Origin: Welwitschia mirabilis
Lineage: Eukaryota
Assembly (NCBI GenBank): GCA_051453625.1
Contig: JBOZIK010000001.1
Span: 40,239,280-40,274,008, forward strand
Direction of reading: 5' to 3'
DNA length: 34,729 nt
Both the position numbers and the translations under genes were made by a program. The notes under the pieces are model-generated. The model worked only from the letters and a program-made list of their open reading frames with translations. It did no database searches and was not told where the DNA came from. Shown here one piece after another: positions 1 to 12,228 of this stretch. Positions within the stretch are counted from its first letter, which is position 1, and each line of letters starts with the position of its first letter.

Positions 1-2860
1 AAAATAATAAAATGAATTTGAAAAATAAAAATATTTTTAATGGACATAAAGGTAATTTTCTTTGTAATGTTCCTATTGCATTTCATGAAAATATTTCACC
101 CAAGTTACCTTTTCTCTTCCCTTTGACTTCCAAAATCTATACTTTGATATGGCATCATAAAGTTCTCTTCATAACTCCTCTCTTCATCCAATTGACTTTA
201 CCTGAAAATAATTACACATCTCTTATGTTTCATTAATTGGTGAATTTCTAGTTTGGACCATACTTCTCTAAAAAGCTTGAGACCATAATAGATCCTTGAT
301 TTTCCTTTCTTTATTTTCAAATAAAAGTGTGTTTTTAGCTTTAAATTTAAATAAAAGTTTTCTTGCTTTGTTATTTTATTTTTAGTTTTTGGTTTTTAAA
401 GTTTCTATTTTTATTTTATGTTCTCTATTTTATTTCTATTTTTAGTTTTTTAATTTTTTCTTTCTATAAAAATAATAGGTTGTCTTCTCTGTCATCCTTA
501 TGATAGGGTGGATAATAGTCCCTTTTAATAGTTTTCTAGTTTTTTTTATTAATTTTCTATTTTTTGTTTCTTTTTCCTGTGTATGACTTCCTCTCTATTG
601 TCTAGACGATGATCAGGACGATAGTTAATAAACTGTTAATTTTTGGTTTTTTGTTATTTTTAAGAAAATAAATTTTTATGGCTCTGTTGAGATTTCTGAC
701 TTGACTACTTAATAATCATAGGAAGTAAATGGGAAAAATCGGAATTTCATGAGCAAACTGTCTAAATTTTCTCTTAGCCTTTTCCTTTGAAAGATTGTTA
801 TGGAATTACTTGATTATCTTTTAAACTTAACTTATGTATTTCTTTCCATGACTAGTATTTGGACTTGGACATTTTAGTGATAAGATTTAATTCAATCAAT
901 CTTAGAACATTCATAAGTTCATGAACTTCAATTAAAGGAAGATGCTTTATTTTTATGATTTTTCAATGGTAAAAAGGTCTTAGATTATTTAAGAATGTTT
1001 TTTCTGTCTTAATCATTTAACTTTTACCTTTGTCTTTTAGAGTGTTTGGTCATGTGAAAAGGTTTTATTATGTTAAATAAAAAAAGAAAAAAAGAAAAAA
1101 GTGAATAAAAACCATGATGTTTTATATCTCTATCTCAAAAAGATGATCACCATGATGTCCTACTACAAGTATATCAAGGCAAATATTTTCGAGAGGTGTC
1201 TTTGGCAGTGTAATATGGTAGTTATGGGAACTTCACTGGGAGGTCAATTAGCGATGCTTCATAGGTCTTAACTTCTCTGATAATGGTTGCACTCCCCTCA
1301 TCAGGGTAATAAAGTTGTATTTAAAACTTTGAGGCTATGGGATTAGTACTATTCTTAGTGTCATCAGAGGTATTGCTTGTTTTCTAGACTCTTAGTCTTT
1401 CCATATGATCATTTTATTTTTTGAGATTTGGGTATTTGTTTTGAGATGATGGTAGGAGAGTTCATTTTTAAGCAATTCTTTGGTCTAATCATTCATTTTT
1501 TTAAGCATATTACTCTAGCATCATCATCATCACTGCCTTATTAAATGAATATTTTGTACATTCAGTCATGCATTTTTCACATCAAGTGATGTTATGTTTT
1601 CTTTCATAAAAATTTTCTAGGTTAAAATATTAGATTGGTGAGCTATCTTGTGTTTATGTTATCTTATGCCCATCCTTCTTGTTTTTTTTTGTGGTTTGGT
1701 TAGTTATTTCAAAGTCATTACTGTATTTTCTTAGCATGTTAGTTTTTAATAAAAAATGATATGTTGCTTAGATAAGTCTTTTCTTAATAAATTTATGTTA
1801 TTTTTCAGATTTGTGGTGTGATAAAGCACTGCTCATGTTCTTTTTGTGATGAAAAATTATCTCTTTACTTGTCAGAATATTACCTATCTTTATATTTTTC
1901 AAATCTGACATTACTCAACTTTACACTTTGTTTTGAAAATTGTCCTCATTCTCACTATCTTTTACCTGCCTTTTCACTCTTGTTTATTTTCTTTACTTTA
2001 TTTTTTAATATGGGACATATTAATTTTTCTTTGGGAGAGGGCAGAGAACCATTTTCATGGCTTATTTTTCAATTTTTCAAAATTTTTTAACTTAATTCAG
2101 AGCTTTTATGATAGAATTTTCAAAATTTTATACACATTATGCATTGCTTGTTATTTATCCATGTGATGTGTTTTATGAGCCTGTTTTATGAATTTAAGAT
2201 TTATCTTTTAAAAAAATAAATTGGCTCGCAATTATGGTTTTTCCAATTGGTTTTTATTAGAGATTGACAAAGGCTAAGTGGAGGGCTATGTTGCACTACT
2301 AATTTATGGTTATTTGATGGGGTTTTATAAGTTGTTTTGCAAGACTTTTATATAAGTTTAGGTGCAATTCTGAGGATTTTGGAGATACAAGGAAAAACCT
2401 CAAAAAAGTGTAATTCTTATCCAAATTTGATGCGTTAAAGAAACTTTCTGATAAATAGAGCTTTAAAGAAGGATTTATGATAAAAATGCTAAGTTCTCTT
2501 CAAAGAAATCATCAAAGAAGACTGTCGTCCCCTCCATCATCCAAACTATAGGGAGGATGATAACTGCTGATGTGGATTGCTAAGTCATCAATTTGAAGAT
2601 ATTTTATGATGTGTTATTGTCCCCTATGTCATCCGGATGACAACACGAATAACACTGACATGTAACTGACTCTGACAGATTCCCTTAACCATTTTATCCA
2701 TTTTGGAATCATTTATGAGCGCAATTAACTGCACCAACTATCCGTCTTTTTCTACTATATTTTCCTATAAATAAGTCCTCCTTCGACTCTCCTTCTTATC
2801 TTCAATGCACTGGACATTCTCGTGACAGGAGAGTGAAGGGTAGGAGATCTATCTTGAGTG
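1..2860 (+). mobile_element. 3' non-coding region and start of the 3' LTR of a decayed Ty3/Gypsy (Athila-like) element; interrupted at ~2860
   Basis: No credible ORF. 2254-2288 'ttattagagattgacaaaggctaagtggagggcta' resembles the Athila pre-LTR/PPT motif and is followed by TG at 2289 (tgttgcac...). TATA-like 'cctataaata' at 2764-2773. Right boundary is approximate. Confidence 0.5.
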
Positions 2861-4000
2861 TTGTCGAAAGACATGCACTTGGTGAAGGCCTATTAAGGAG
2901 TACAAGGAGAGTCGAAGGAGAACTTTTTTAAAATTAATTAAATTACAATTACATGACTAGTAATCAAAGTGAGTCAATTAGATAGTGATTAAGAGACTTA
3001 CGTCTTAGTTATCCATAGGCTACACCTAAGGAGAACTATATAATGATAGTTCACCTAATTAATTCCCCATCTAACTTAAGCTTATTTAGAAATCTCATTG
3101 AGGAACACATAGAAGAAGTGTGTAGGTTACAGTCGAGTGGTTGGAATCAATAGCTAAGAAACTATATCTACATATCCTTATTTAGAGGAGTTCAGAGCAC
3201 ACATAGTTCTATATTGGACCTCATTTCCATCTCCACCAATACGCATAAGCATATAATAGATCAAGGGGTCTATATCAGTAGGCATGTGGGTAAATATATA
3301 CAAAATCCAATGCAATAAATAATGTAAAAATGCAATATTCAATTCAATTAAAAGAAGAGTATGATGTTACAAAATAGTACAAAAAGATATTACGAACAAA
3401 TATATATACGTATGCATAATAGCTATATGTATAGGAGGTAGCCGGTCAATAACTCTTCATAACATCTATCCCTAACAAGGAATTCTAATGCATGAATGAT
3501 GATAATACATATGCATATTAATATAAATCATATATGGATACCTAATTATATATATGGTGAATCCCGAAGTGGTCACTTGGCCATAATCATCTATTGGTAA
3601 TTATATTCACCAAGCATAAGGAACATCTCTATTTTCTCCATCATCTTGATGAGAGATAATGGGAGAAAAGTATAATAATAGAATGTCATTATGGTAAAAT
3701 CATGCAAACATGATGATTAGAATACACATATACACACACGTGCCATTTTGACATATTGTATAAAATGCCAAAAGAAACAGTTTGTATGCTATTGATTAAA
3801 TCACTATTCTTGATAAGACTTAGCATAATACAAGTTAAAGAGTAAATAAAGTTAATTAAATAATTAATTATTTCAATAAGAATCATAGAAAAATCACTAA
3901 TATTAGATAATTTAATGTATAAGATAACAAGTAACTACTTTAGACATTTAATTCATATGCATGAACATGTAAGAAAATACAATAAATAATACATGCCTGG

Positions 4001-5383
4001 TGGTCATAGTTTGTAGTGATCTAAATTTGAAATGAAGTTTGCACTTAATTATCATTCTTGCATAGGGATATATGAGGTGAATTTAATTAACAACATAAGG
4101 GAACAAAAATGCTCCAAGAATCTAATGATTAGTCCAACTATCCTCCTTCACTCTAATGATTCTTGTACCATGAAACTTGAAGATCAAGTGATATCCATCT
4201 AAAATTACTAATAATAATAAAAGAATGAAACACATGTAGAATTGGTCCTACTGAGATATTGCTAATATCAAATTAATATGCAATAATAATAAAAGGATTT
4301 AAATTAGTTTAAGAAATGGTCTTACCTAAATATTACTAATGCTAAGTAAATTACACAAAAATAATAAAAGTATTTANNNNNNNNNNNNNNNNNNNNNNNN
4401 NNNNNNNNNNNNNNNNNNNNNNNNNNNNNNNNNNNNNNNNNNNNNNNNNNNNNNNNNNNNNNNNNNNNNNNNNNNNTAAATATTACTAATGCTAAGTAAA
4501 TTACACAATAATAATAAAAGGATTTAAACCAATTCTTTATTAAACCTAAAAAAATATACATTACATCAATGGAGGAGAAGGAGAAGAAGAACACCTCAAC
4601 TAGCCTCAAATCATTTTGTCCCCAAGAAAGAGTGTTAGAGTGCCATGCTGTCTTAGGCTCTAATTCTTTTCCATGTTATACTAACCAAAAGATGTTTACA
4701 ATGGAAGCTTAAGGCTATTTTATAGATCATAATAGCCTTGAGGAGTTACATCACGATTACATTAGGTATTGTCATTATGCATTAGGTGGTGGTTACATAA
4801 GGAGGGTTACTTAATGGCTATTATATAAGGAGGTAGTTAAAATATGTTTAGCATGTAGTTACAAAAAGAATTCCTTTAACTTCAAGTAAAAACATGGCAA
4901 TGATGTGCCCTTTAACTACTAATGGTACTACCAACAAATTCCATATGATGTATCTTTGTTTCAATCATCCTCATTACATTAAATATTACTATGATGTATC
5001 GATTTGTGCTTCCACCATATGTCATCAGAGTCTAAGGTTAAATCTGATTTATTATTTAACTTAGCCCATAAATGCAATGAATTTAATTCCTTGAGGATGT
5101 AGAGGAACTTAAGTTTTTTAACCTTCAACTTCAAAAAGCTAGCGGTTCTAGTAGTGCTAGCTGGTGGAGCCACATTTGGTTCTAGATTATGATCAATTTT
5201 TGTATAGTTCTTCATAAGGCATCAATCATCTTGCTTATGTTAAGGGAAGTTCATATTTTCATGTAAAATTAATAAAAAGGATAGAAAACATTAATATGTG
5301 ATAAAATGATGCATTTTAATATTTCTTCCTATACTAAATTGATCAATTAGCTTGCATAGAATGTCAATTTTAGCATGCAAACA
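4001..5383 (-). repeat. 3' LTR of the Athila-like element (contains a 100-N gap)
   Basis: Plus strand starts tggtcatag and ends gcatgcaaaca; collinear with 9151-10480. Confidence 0.85.
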
Positions 5384-8300
5384 CATCTTTAACTAATATT
5401 TTATTAGTCCCTTAGTAAAAAGTTAATAAAAAAATGTTAGCATGGAAAAATTAACTAAATAAAAGTGGTAAGTATGAAAATGATATGATAATTTTTGAAA
5501 ATTTTGATTAATTTTTAATGAATAAGGCATTAAAATCGGAAAAAAAAATCAATAAAATTAGATGTCCTACCCCCTAATCAAAATTAAACTTTATCCTCAA
5601 AGTTACAAAGATAGGAAATTTTATATAAGGTTCTTAAGAACAAGTTAATTACAAAATACTAGCACATGATAATAATGTAAGGATAATAAGAAAAACCACA
5701 ACGCAATCTAAGAAAAACCAAAGCATAAAACCTAATGCAAAAACATCATCCACAAATTAAAAATATAGATTTCCTAATTGATGATCATATTTATTAAAAA
5801 TTGTTCAAATTTTATATTAAATTTAAAAAGGATTATAATGTCATACAAATAAGGTATCCTCTAAGTAAATCTAAAAGTAATCAAAATTTAGATAAGCAAA
5901 TCTTTAAGTATATAGGTTAAAGAAAAGTAAATACATAAGCTTCTTCCAATTCCACCCTTTTCATTCTAATTTACCTTTTTTACAATCATTCCTTATTCCT
6001 CATTTCAATCATTTTAATCTAACTGGGCATCTAGTTATATGATATTTTCTCCCAACAAAGTTAACATATTAATATATGAAAGATTCAATGCTGCATTACC
6101 AGTGAACATTTATATCCCTGATGTAGTTGAACATGTCATAAATTAAATCATTAGAGCTACGTTGCCAGTGAGTGTCATAGCCCCGATGCAATTAACTAAA
6201 CCTAATTTTTAATGATCAATAATTAATATGCTTTTCAAGAGTAGATATTTATTTTCTTTTTAATAATCCTTTTCTTATTCAATACATTTAAATGCACATA
6301 AAGGTCCATTGGATTATTAACCCAATCAAGATAATTCTTATCCCTATAAAATGCTTTAAAATAGTTTACTTAGCATGAAAGTAGATTCCACCTTTATTCA
6401 ATCATATTTGCCATTGAAAGACCTTAAGTGAAACTAAACCTTAATAAGTTAACTCAAAAAATAAGTAAAACCTTTTTATGAAAAACTACAAGTAAACTTA
6501 AATTCTATCTAGTTTAAAATGACAAAGTGATCACTTATTAAGGGTTTATTCTAATTAAGGACTACAAATTAGGATCATCTAATTTAAGAACTCATATATG
6601 GATGGAAGGAGAGGGTGATTGATGAAGTTTATTAGGTGGAATGAAAATTAAAGGAAGGGGAAGAGGGGTTTGAGGTGATGAAAATTTATTTAATGGTGTG
6701 AATGAAAGTTGGGCTTTCCTATCTAAAAATGCTTATGATGATGGTAATATAGGTGAAATTATGTGGGTGGTTTGAGGCATGAAAAGGCATCAAAATTTAT
6801 TTTTTAAAACATTTTTAACTTTTTTAAATCAAAATTTATCCTAAAAGAAAAATTGATTCTAAAAGAAAATCCCATTTTAAAATCACAAAACAAAGCTAAA
6901 ATGTTTTCAAGGCATTTTCCAAGGTATTGCATGTTTGAAAGCTCATAATGGTGAATGTAAAATTTAGATGATGAATCAAAATTATACAAAGCATTCAAAG
7001 AAGAGACCAAATCCATATAAACATTTATACATGAATTCATAAAATTTTGAAGACCATCAATGATAACAATAAAATTAATGCATGCAAAATCAGCAATTTT
7101 CTATCCCTTAGCTTGTTTATGTTTGCTCATTAACTCACCCAAGATGTCATTTTGAGATGAAGAAAAGGATGAATTAAAAACCCTGGGTAAAAGCAAATGA
7201 TCATTTAAAGAGGTATGAAAAAAATGATTTCAAATGTACAAATGATTTGTCTTCATCATTAAGGTTTAAGTCTTTCTTAAAAGATGAAAATATCATAATT
7301 GGTTTAAGAGGTTATTAAGAAAGGGTAATAATTCCTTAAAGGGTGGATTATGAAATGGATATTTGTTAATGTTATCCTGTTTGTTAAGGTTCTCAAGGGA
7401 TTATTTCTCACACAGTTGTACAAGTGACAAAGGTTGAGGTTAAAAGAAGTTAATATCATTTCTTTCATTTATGTCACCTATGGATTCATCCTCTATTATG
7501 TAACATTTAAGTTTTCTTCCTATCTCAAATATTTATTGACTTATTACTAATTAATCATCATTGTATGAAATGTCTAGTCCTACTCTAAAATACAATTTAG
7601 ATGCACCTTGATGTTCACTCTCTAAGGCATGTCTAAACTCAGGGTCCTCTTAGATGTCATCATTGGTTTTGTTGTAGGATTCTTCAAGGTTTTCTTTCTC
7701 ATTCCTAAGGAATATGGTTTGGGTTTCATTGGTTCTAATTTCATTATATCTTCAAAATTTTCTAAGTAATTAGATTTATGAAATTTGGGAAGATTTTCTT
7801 CTTATTATTATTGTTAAAGGGCCTTATATATTTGATCATTAGGTTCAAGCATTTGTTGAAAAAATTACTTGAGATTTTCAATGGTTTTCATAGTGGATTC
7901 TTCTGATGATTGGACATGGATTTGAATTGTGCTGGAAGAAGATTTAGAATCACCTTCTAGAAATCTATGAAAGGTATCATTAAAGGGAGGTGAGGTGAAA
8001 TGTTGTATAAGTGAAGATGACAAATATTATTTGAATGATGAAGGATATCTAAAAAGAAATGAAGGGTAAGGATCAAAGGATGATGAATATGACATTGACA
8101 GACATGGATTATGAGACATAATTAAGGCCATGTGATTAAACTCTTATGGGTTAATGTATGAGTCTTAGAATTCATAATTGCAAGGAGATTGATTTATGTA
8201 TAGATGGAGTTGAGGATACCCTTCAAAGGTTTGTATAGGCTGATAAAAGTCTCCTATAGTGTGTTTGGATTAGTTGTGGTATTGGAAGCTATAGGGGTAG

Positions 8301-9150
8301 ACAGATTGCTAATAAGAGGGTGTTTCAAATGAATTTGAAGCTTAAATCATGGTTTAAGTTTAAGAAAACAATTAGCAATTTCAACAAAAGGTTCATATTT
8401 TTTAGATTTTTCTCTATTTCATAGGAGGCTTATAATATCAGAAGGTTCAGAGAGATGACAAAAAGCTTTTAGTCTAAGTTGCGGAAGCTTTAAGGTAGGA
8501 ATGCTAGCAGCGCTAGTTAGGAAAGGTGGTAGCACTAGTCTAGTTAAGCAAAAAGGGCTATGAAAAGATAGAGTTTAGTTTCAAAGTAGCATAAAAGGTT
8601 TTGGATTGTAGGATATGAGAAATTTACGATAGAAATATGAAATAACTATAAGTAAACTTTTGTAATCTAGGAAAATAAACCTAAACATTTTTAAATTTTT
8701 CTTTAAAAATTTTTAAGAAAAATAAAAACTGACAAGACTAAAAAATTTATAGATTTTTATAGAAATCCAAAAAACATAAAATACATAAAACAAATTGTCA
8801 AAGTTTAGTTCGATTTAAATCATGATCTTAGGTTTCGTTACACCTGTAGGAAATTTGTTAGACCTACAACATGGAATATTGGATATAAAATAAATTTTGA
8901 TTATTAGGAAAGATAGCAAAACTTAACAATTTAAACCAGTTTATATTTTACTAGAAATAGACTAGTACCTATTAAGGGAAGGGAAAAAACATTCAAAAGA
9001 AAAATAAACAGAACCAGTTCAAGTATTACTAGAAGAGGGACCAATAACCATCACCGAAAAAATAGAAACAAACTAAAATTAGAAGAGAAAAATCATGTAC
9101 TTTTAAAAAAATTATCATGTAAATATATCCCTGGTCATGAAGAAAGAATT

Positions 9151-10480
9151 TGATCATAGCCTTATAGTGATTTGGCCTTAAAACTAAGTTTGCACTTATT
9201 TATTGTTCTTCCATATATGAGGTAAATTTAATGAAAAGATATAAGATTATTCTAACTGAAACAAAAACTCAAATAAAACTGAAAATAAGAAAGCTAAGAA
9301 AGAAAGTGATCTTTGATTAACAATGCAAGAAAAAGGACATGCTTCAAGGATCTAGCGATTTGTCCAACTCTCCTCTTCACTCCAATGATTTCTATATCCT
9401 ATAACTTGAAGATTAAATGAGATCCATCTAAAAATTAATAATGCTAAATGAATGTGCAATACTAATAAAAGAATGAAATACACTTAAGGTTAGTCCTATC
9501 TAAATATTGCTAATACTAAATTAATGTATAATAGCAATGAAATGGTTTAAAATAATTCAAGAAATGGTCCTTCCTAAATATTACTAATGCATGTAAATTA
9601 TACAATAATAATAAAAGGATTTAAACCAATTCTTTATTAAACCTGAAAGAAATATACATTACATCAATTGAGGATGAGAAGAGTAAGAACTCCTCAACTA
9701 GCCTTGAATCATTTTGTCCCTAAGAAAGAGTATCAGAGCACCATGATGTCCTAGCCTTCAAGTCCTTTCCACCTGATGCCAACTAAAAGATGTTTACAAT
9801 GGATGCTTAAGGCCCTTTTATAGATGGGAATATGCTTAAGAAGCTACATCATGATCACATTAGGTGTTGTCATTATGTGTTAGATGGGAGTTACATAAGG
9901 GGGTTTACTTAATAGCTGTTACATAAGGAGGGAGCTAGAAATATGTTTGGCATGTAGTCAAAAAGAGGATCCCTTTATCTTCAAGTGTAAACATGACAAC
10001 GTTATGTCCTTTGAGTATTGATGATGCTACCAATAGATGCCATTGATGTGTCTTCATCTTGATCATCTTCGTTGTGCCACATGTTACTGTGATGTGTCGA
10101 TTTGTGCTTCTGCCATGTGTAACTAGAGTTTAAGGTTAACTCTAATTTATTATCTAACTGAGCCCATATGTGCAATGAATTTAATTCCTTGGGAAGGTGT
10201 AGGAACATGAGTTTTTCGAGCTTCTACCTCAGAAAGTTGGCATCACTAGTAGTACTAGCTAGCGAAACTAGTGTTTAGTGCTAGATTTGATCAATTTCTT
10301 CACAATCCTTCATAAGGTACTAATTATTCTGCTCATGTTAATGGAAGTTCATAATTTCATGTAAAAGTAATAAAAGATCAGAAAACATTAATATGTTATA
10401 AAATAATGGATTTTAATGATTCTTCCTATACTAAATTAATCAGTTAACTTACATAGAATGTTAATTTTGGCATGCAAACA
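9151..10480 (-). repeat. 5' LTR of the Athila-like element (1330 bp)
   Basis: Plus strand starts tgatcatag and ends gcatgcaaaca; PBS-like 'ttcttcatgaccaggga' follows on the minus strand (cf. TGGCGCCGTTGCCGGGGA). Confidence 0.85.
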
Positions 10481-10774
10481 CCTGCAAAGCATTAACACAT
10501 ACTAAAAGTGACTAAAATTATTAAGGAATGTGCTAAATGTGCATCATTGTATAACCATACTATGCATAACATAATTGCATTAATTCACAAAAACACACAC
10601 CATTATGATTGAGGAATTCTGTAACTATTCCTTTTATAAGGCTAACATGAATAAACTAAATCTATAAATTAAAATACTTATAATGCTAATAATATAGTGA
10701 AAAAGAATTTAATTGTGTTATGCCCTATATGCATGAACATATATATTTACCTCTATGGGCCAAAGACTATTAAC

Positions 10775-10889
<115 letters not shown>

Positions 10890-11596
10890 TAGAAGCTATT
10901 AATTATAGTTATTAATTTTTTGGTTTAATACTTATACTATTCGTTTACATACAACAATATTTTAATTAATGTAATTAACATTTGTGATAGAACTAGTGCT
11001 TGAGTGTTTCCAATTCCTTATCTGTAATATCCCATATTTTTGGATGCAATGATTTAGTTTAATCTTTTATCAATACTTGATTTTCTATTTTCAATTTTTT
11101 AAATAATTTGATTTGTATATTACATAAGAAATAATTATAGTAAATTATAAAATGTTTAGTAGATTTCATGATATTGTTAAGTAAGGGCTACAGAATAATG
11201 TAAATTTGTAAGGTAACATAAAATAGTAACTATGCATTATTAGAAATATATATAGTTACTATTATCTTAGTGTGGGTTATCTCAATTAACAAGTTTTAGT
11301 GGTATAGTTTAAATAATTATTTTATAGAATTTTCAAATACTTAAATAATGGGGTGAAGTGCATTAATCAATTAAACTACTACTATCCTCTTATCATTTTG
11401 GCTTGTAAAACTATGAAAATTAAAGGCCTTTCTTTTAAAAAGATTAAATCTACCTCCTTTTGCTATGATAATATTGTCTCCTCCTTTCAATAAGTACCCT
11501 TCTATATTTTCACTCTAAGGACATGAGAACTTTGATCAAACTTTAGAAAACTTTGATCATATTTGCCTCCTCTTTATTTTTAAGAGGCACCTCTTC

Positions 11597-11629
11597 ATTA
11601 TTATTATTATGATTATTATTATTATTATT
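11597..11629. repeat. Imperfect (ATT)n microsatellite
   Basis: Seen directly. Confidence 0.9.
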
Positions 11630-11845
11630 TTTGGCCCTTCCCTTCACTCTGGTCACTTCCTTCTTTATGTTGTTCCTTGTAATTACGATGATTACTAACC
11701 TGCACTACTAGCTCTGCGGACTGTATCTACTGGCTAAAGCTCTAGCTCTCTTTTCCCTCAGCTCCCTCTTATCTGCTGGCATTTTGTGTATCAACCACTA
11801 TCACTCTTTCTCTTGGTATGTTTCTCAGATGTGTTCATGTTATGT

Positions 11846-11972
11846 GCCTTTTGTCTTAACTGTGCTATTAACTACCTTTCTACCACCTTCACTACGGGTC
11901 TTTATGATCTCTGTTCTTATCTTAATTGTGTGTGTTGATTATGTTTAATTGCTTAAAGCCTGGAAAGAATAC
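11846..11972 (+). repeat. Left copy of the 127-bp direct repeat flanking the Copia element
   Basis: gccttttgtcttaac...tggaaagaatac, abutting the 5' LTR; 11 mismatches and no indels versus 17903-18029. Confidence 0.95.
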
Positions 11973-12213
11973 TGTAAAGATGTGACTCCGATTTGAGCAT
12001 ACATCTAGAAGCACTAATAGCTTTAGGTGGCATACTCGCCCATGGAAATGACATCAAACCTTGAGCCTCCATTGGCTATATAAACAACCTTTGCATCTTG
12101 TTATATTTAGAGAGAAGATAATCAAAATTTGTTGGTGAGTTGTTTGAAGTGGGTTGGATACACAACCTTTGATAGGGCTCTCTCTCTGTGCGTCCTACTA
12201 GGGCTTATTTACA
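11973..12213 (+). repeat. 5' LTR (241 bp)
   Basis: tgtaaagatg...atttaca; 21 mismatches versus 17660-17900; TATA-like 'ctatataaa' at ~12076. Confidence 0.97.
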
Positions 12214-12215
12214 AG

Positions 12216-12228
12216 TGGTATTAGAGCC
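12216..12228 (+). other. Primer binding site (tRNA-iMet)
   Basis: tggtattagagcc, one mismatch to TGGTATCAGAGCC, 2 nt after the LTR. Confidence 0.92.

Larger units (their letters stand above)
4001..10480 (-). mobile_element. Non-autonomous Athila-like Ty3/Gypsy LTR retrotransposon (two ~1.3 kb LTRs, ~3.8 kb internal region with no recognisable pol)
   Basis: Direct repeats 4001-5383 and 9151-10480 with TG...CA ends; TSD cctgg (3996-4000) / cctgc (10481-10485). Decayed tRNA-Asp-type PBS on the minus strand at ~9128-9147. Decayed PPT-region motif at 5384-5418. Confidence 0.8.
2862..10760 (-). mobile_element. LTR fragment of a Tekay/Del-like Gypsy family (2862-4000 plus 10481-~10760), split by the element at 4001-10480
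   Basis: Reverse complement of ~2930-4000 aligns to 23358-24610/25409-25600 (e.g. 'gaggtccaatatagaacta'). Reverse complement of 10481-10760 aligns to ~23100-23362. The two pieces are contiguous in that reference copy. Outer ends are approximate. Confidence 0.75.

Noticed and set aside
1-2288. env-like ORF of an Athila element
   Set aside because: Only short Phe/Leu-rich ORFs from T-rich sequence; no continuous frame or recognisable motif.
10481-10546. Extending the Athila-like LTR to 'gtgcatca' at 10546 (a tempting TGAT...ATCA terminus)
   Set aside because: This 66 bp is absent from the other LTR and aligns with the host Tekay-like LTR (~23298-23362). The TSD cctgg/cctgc fixes the end at 10480.
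11846-12213. Treating the 127-bp repeat as part of a longer LTR
   Set aside because: It lies before the 5' LTR but after the 3' LTR, and the PBS and PPT abut the 241-bp repeats.
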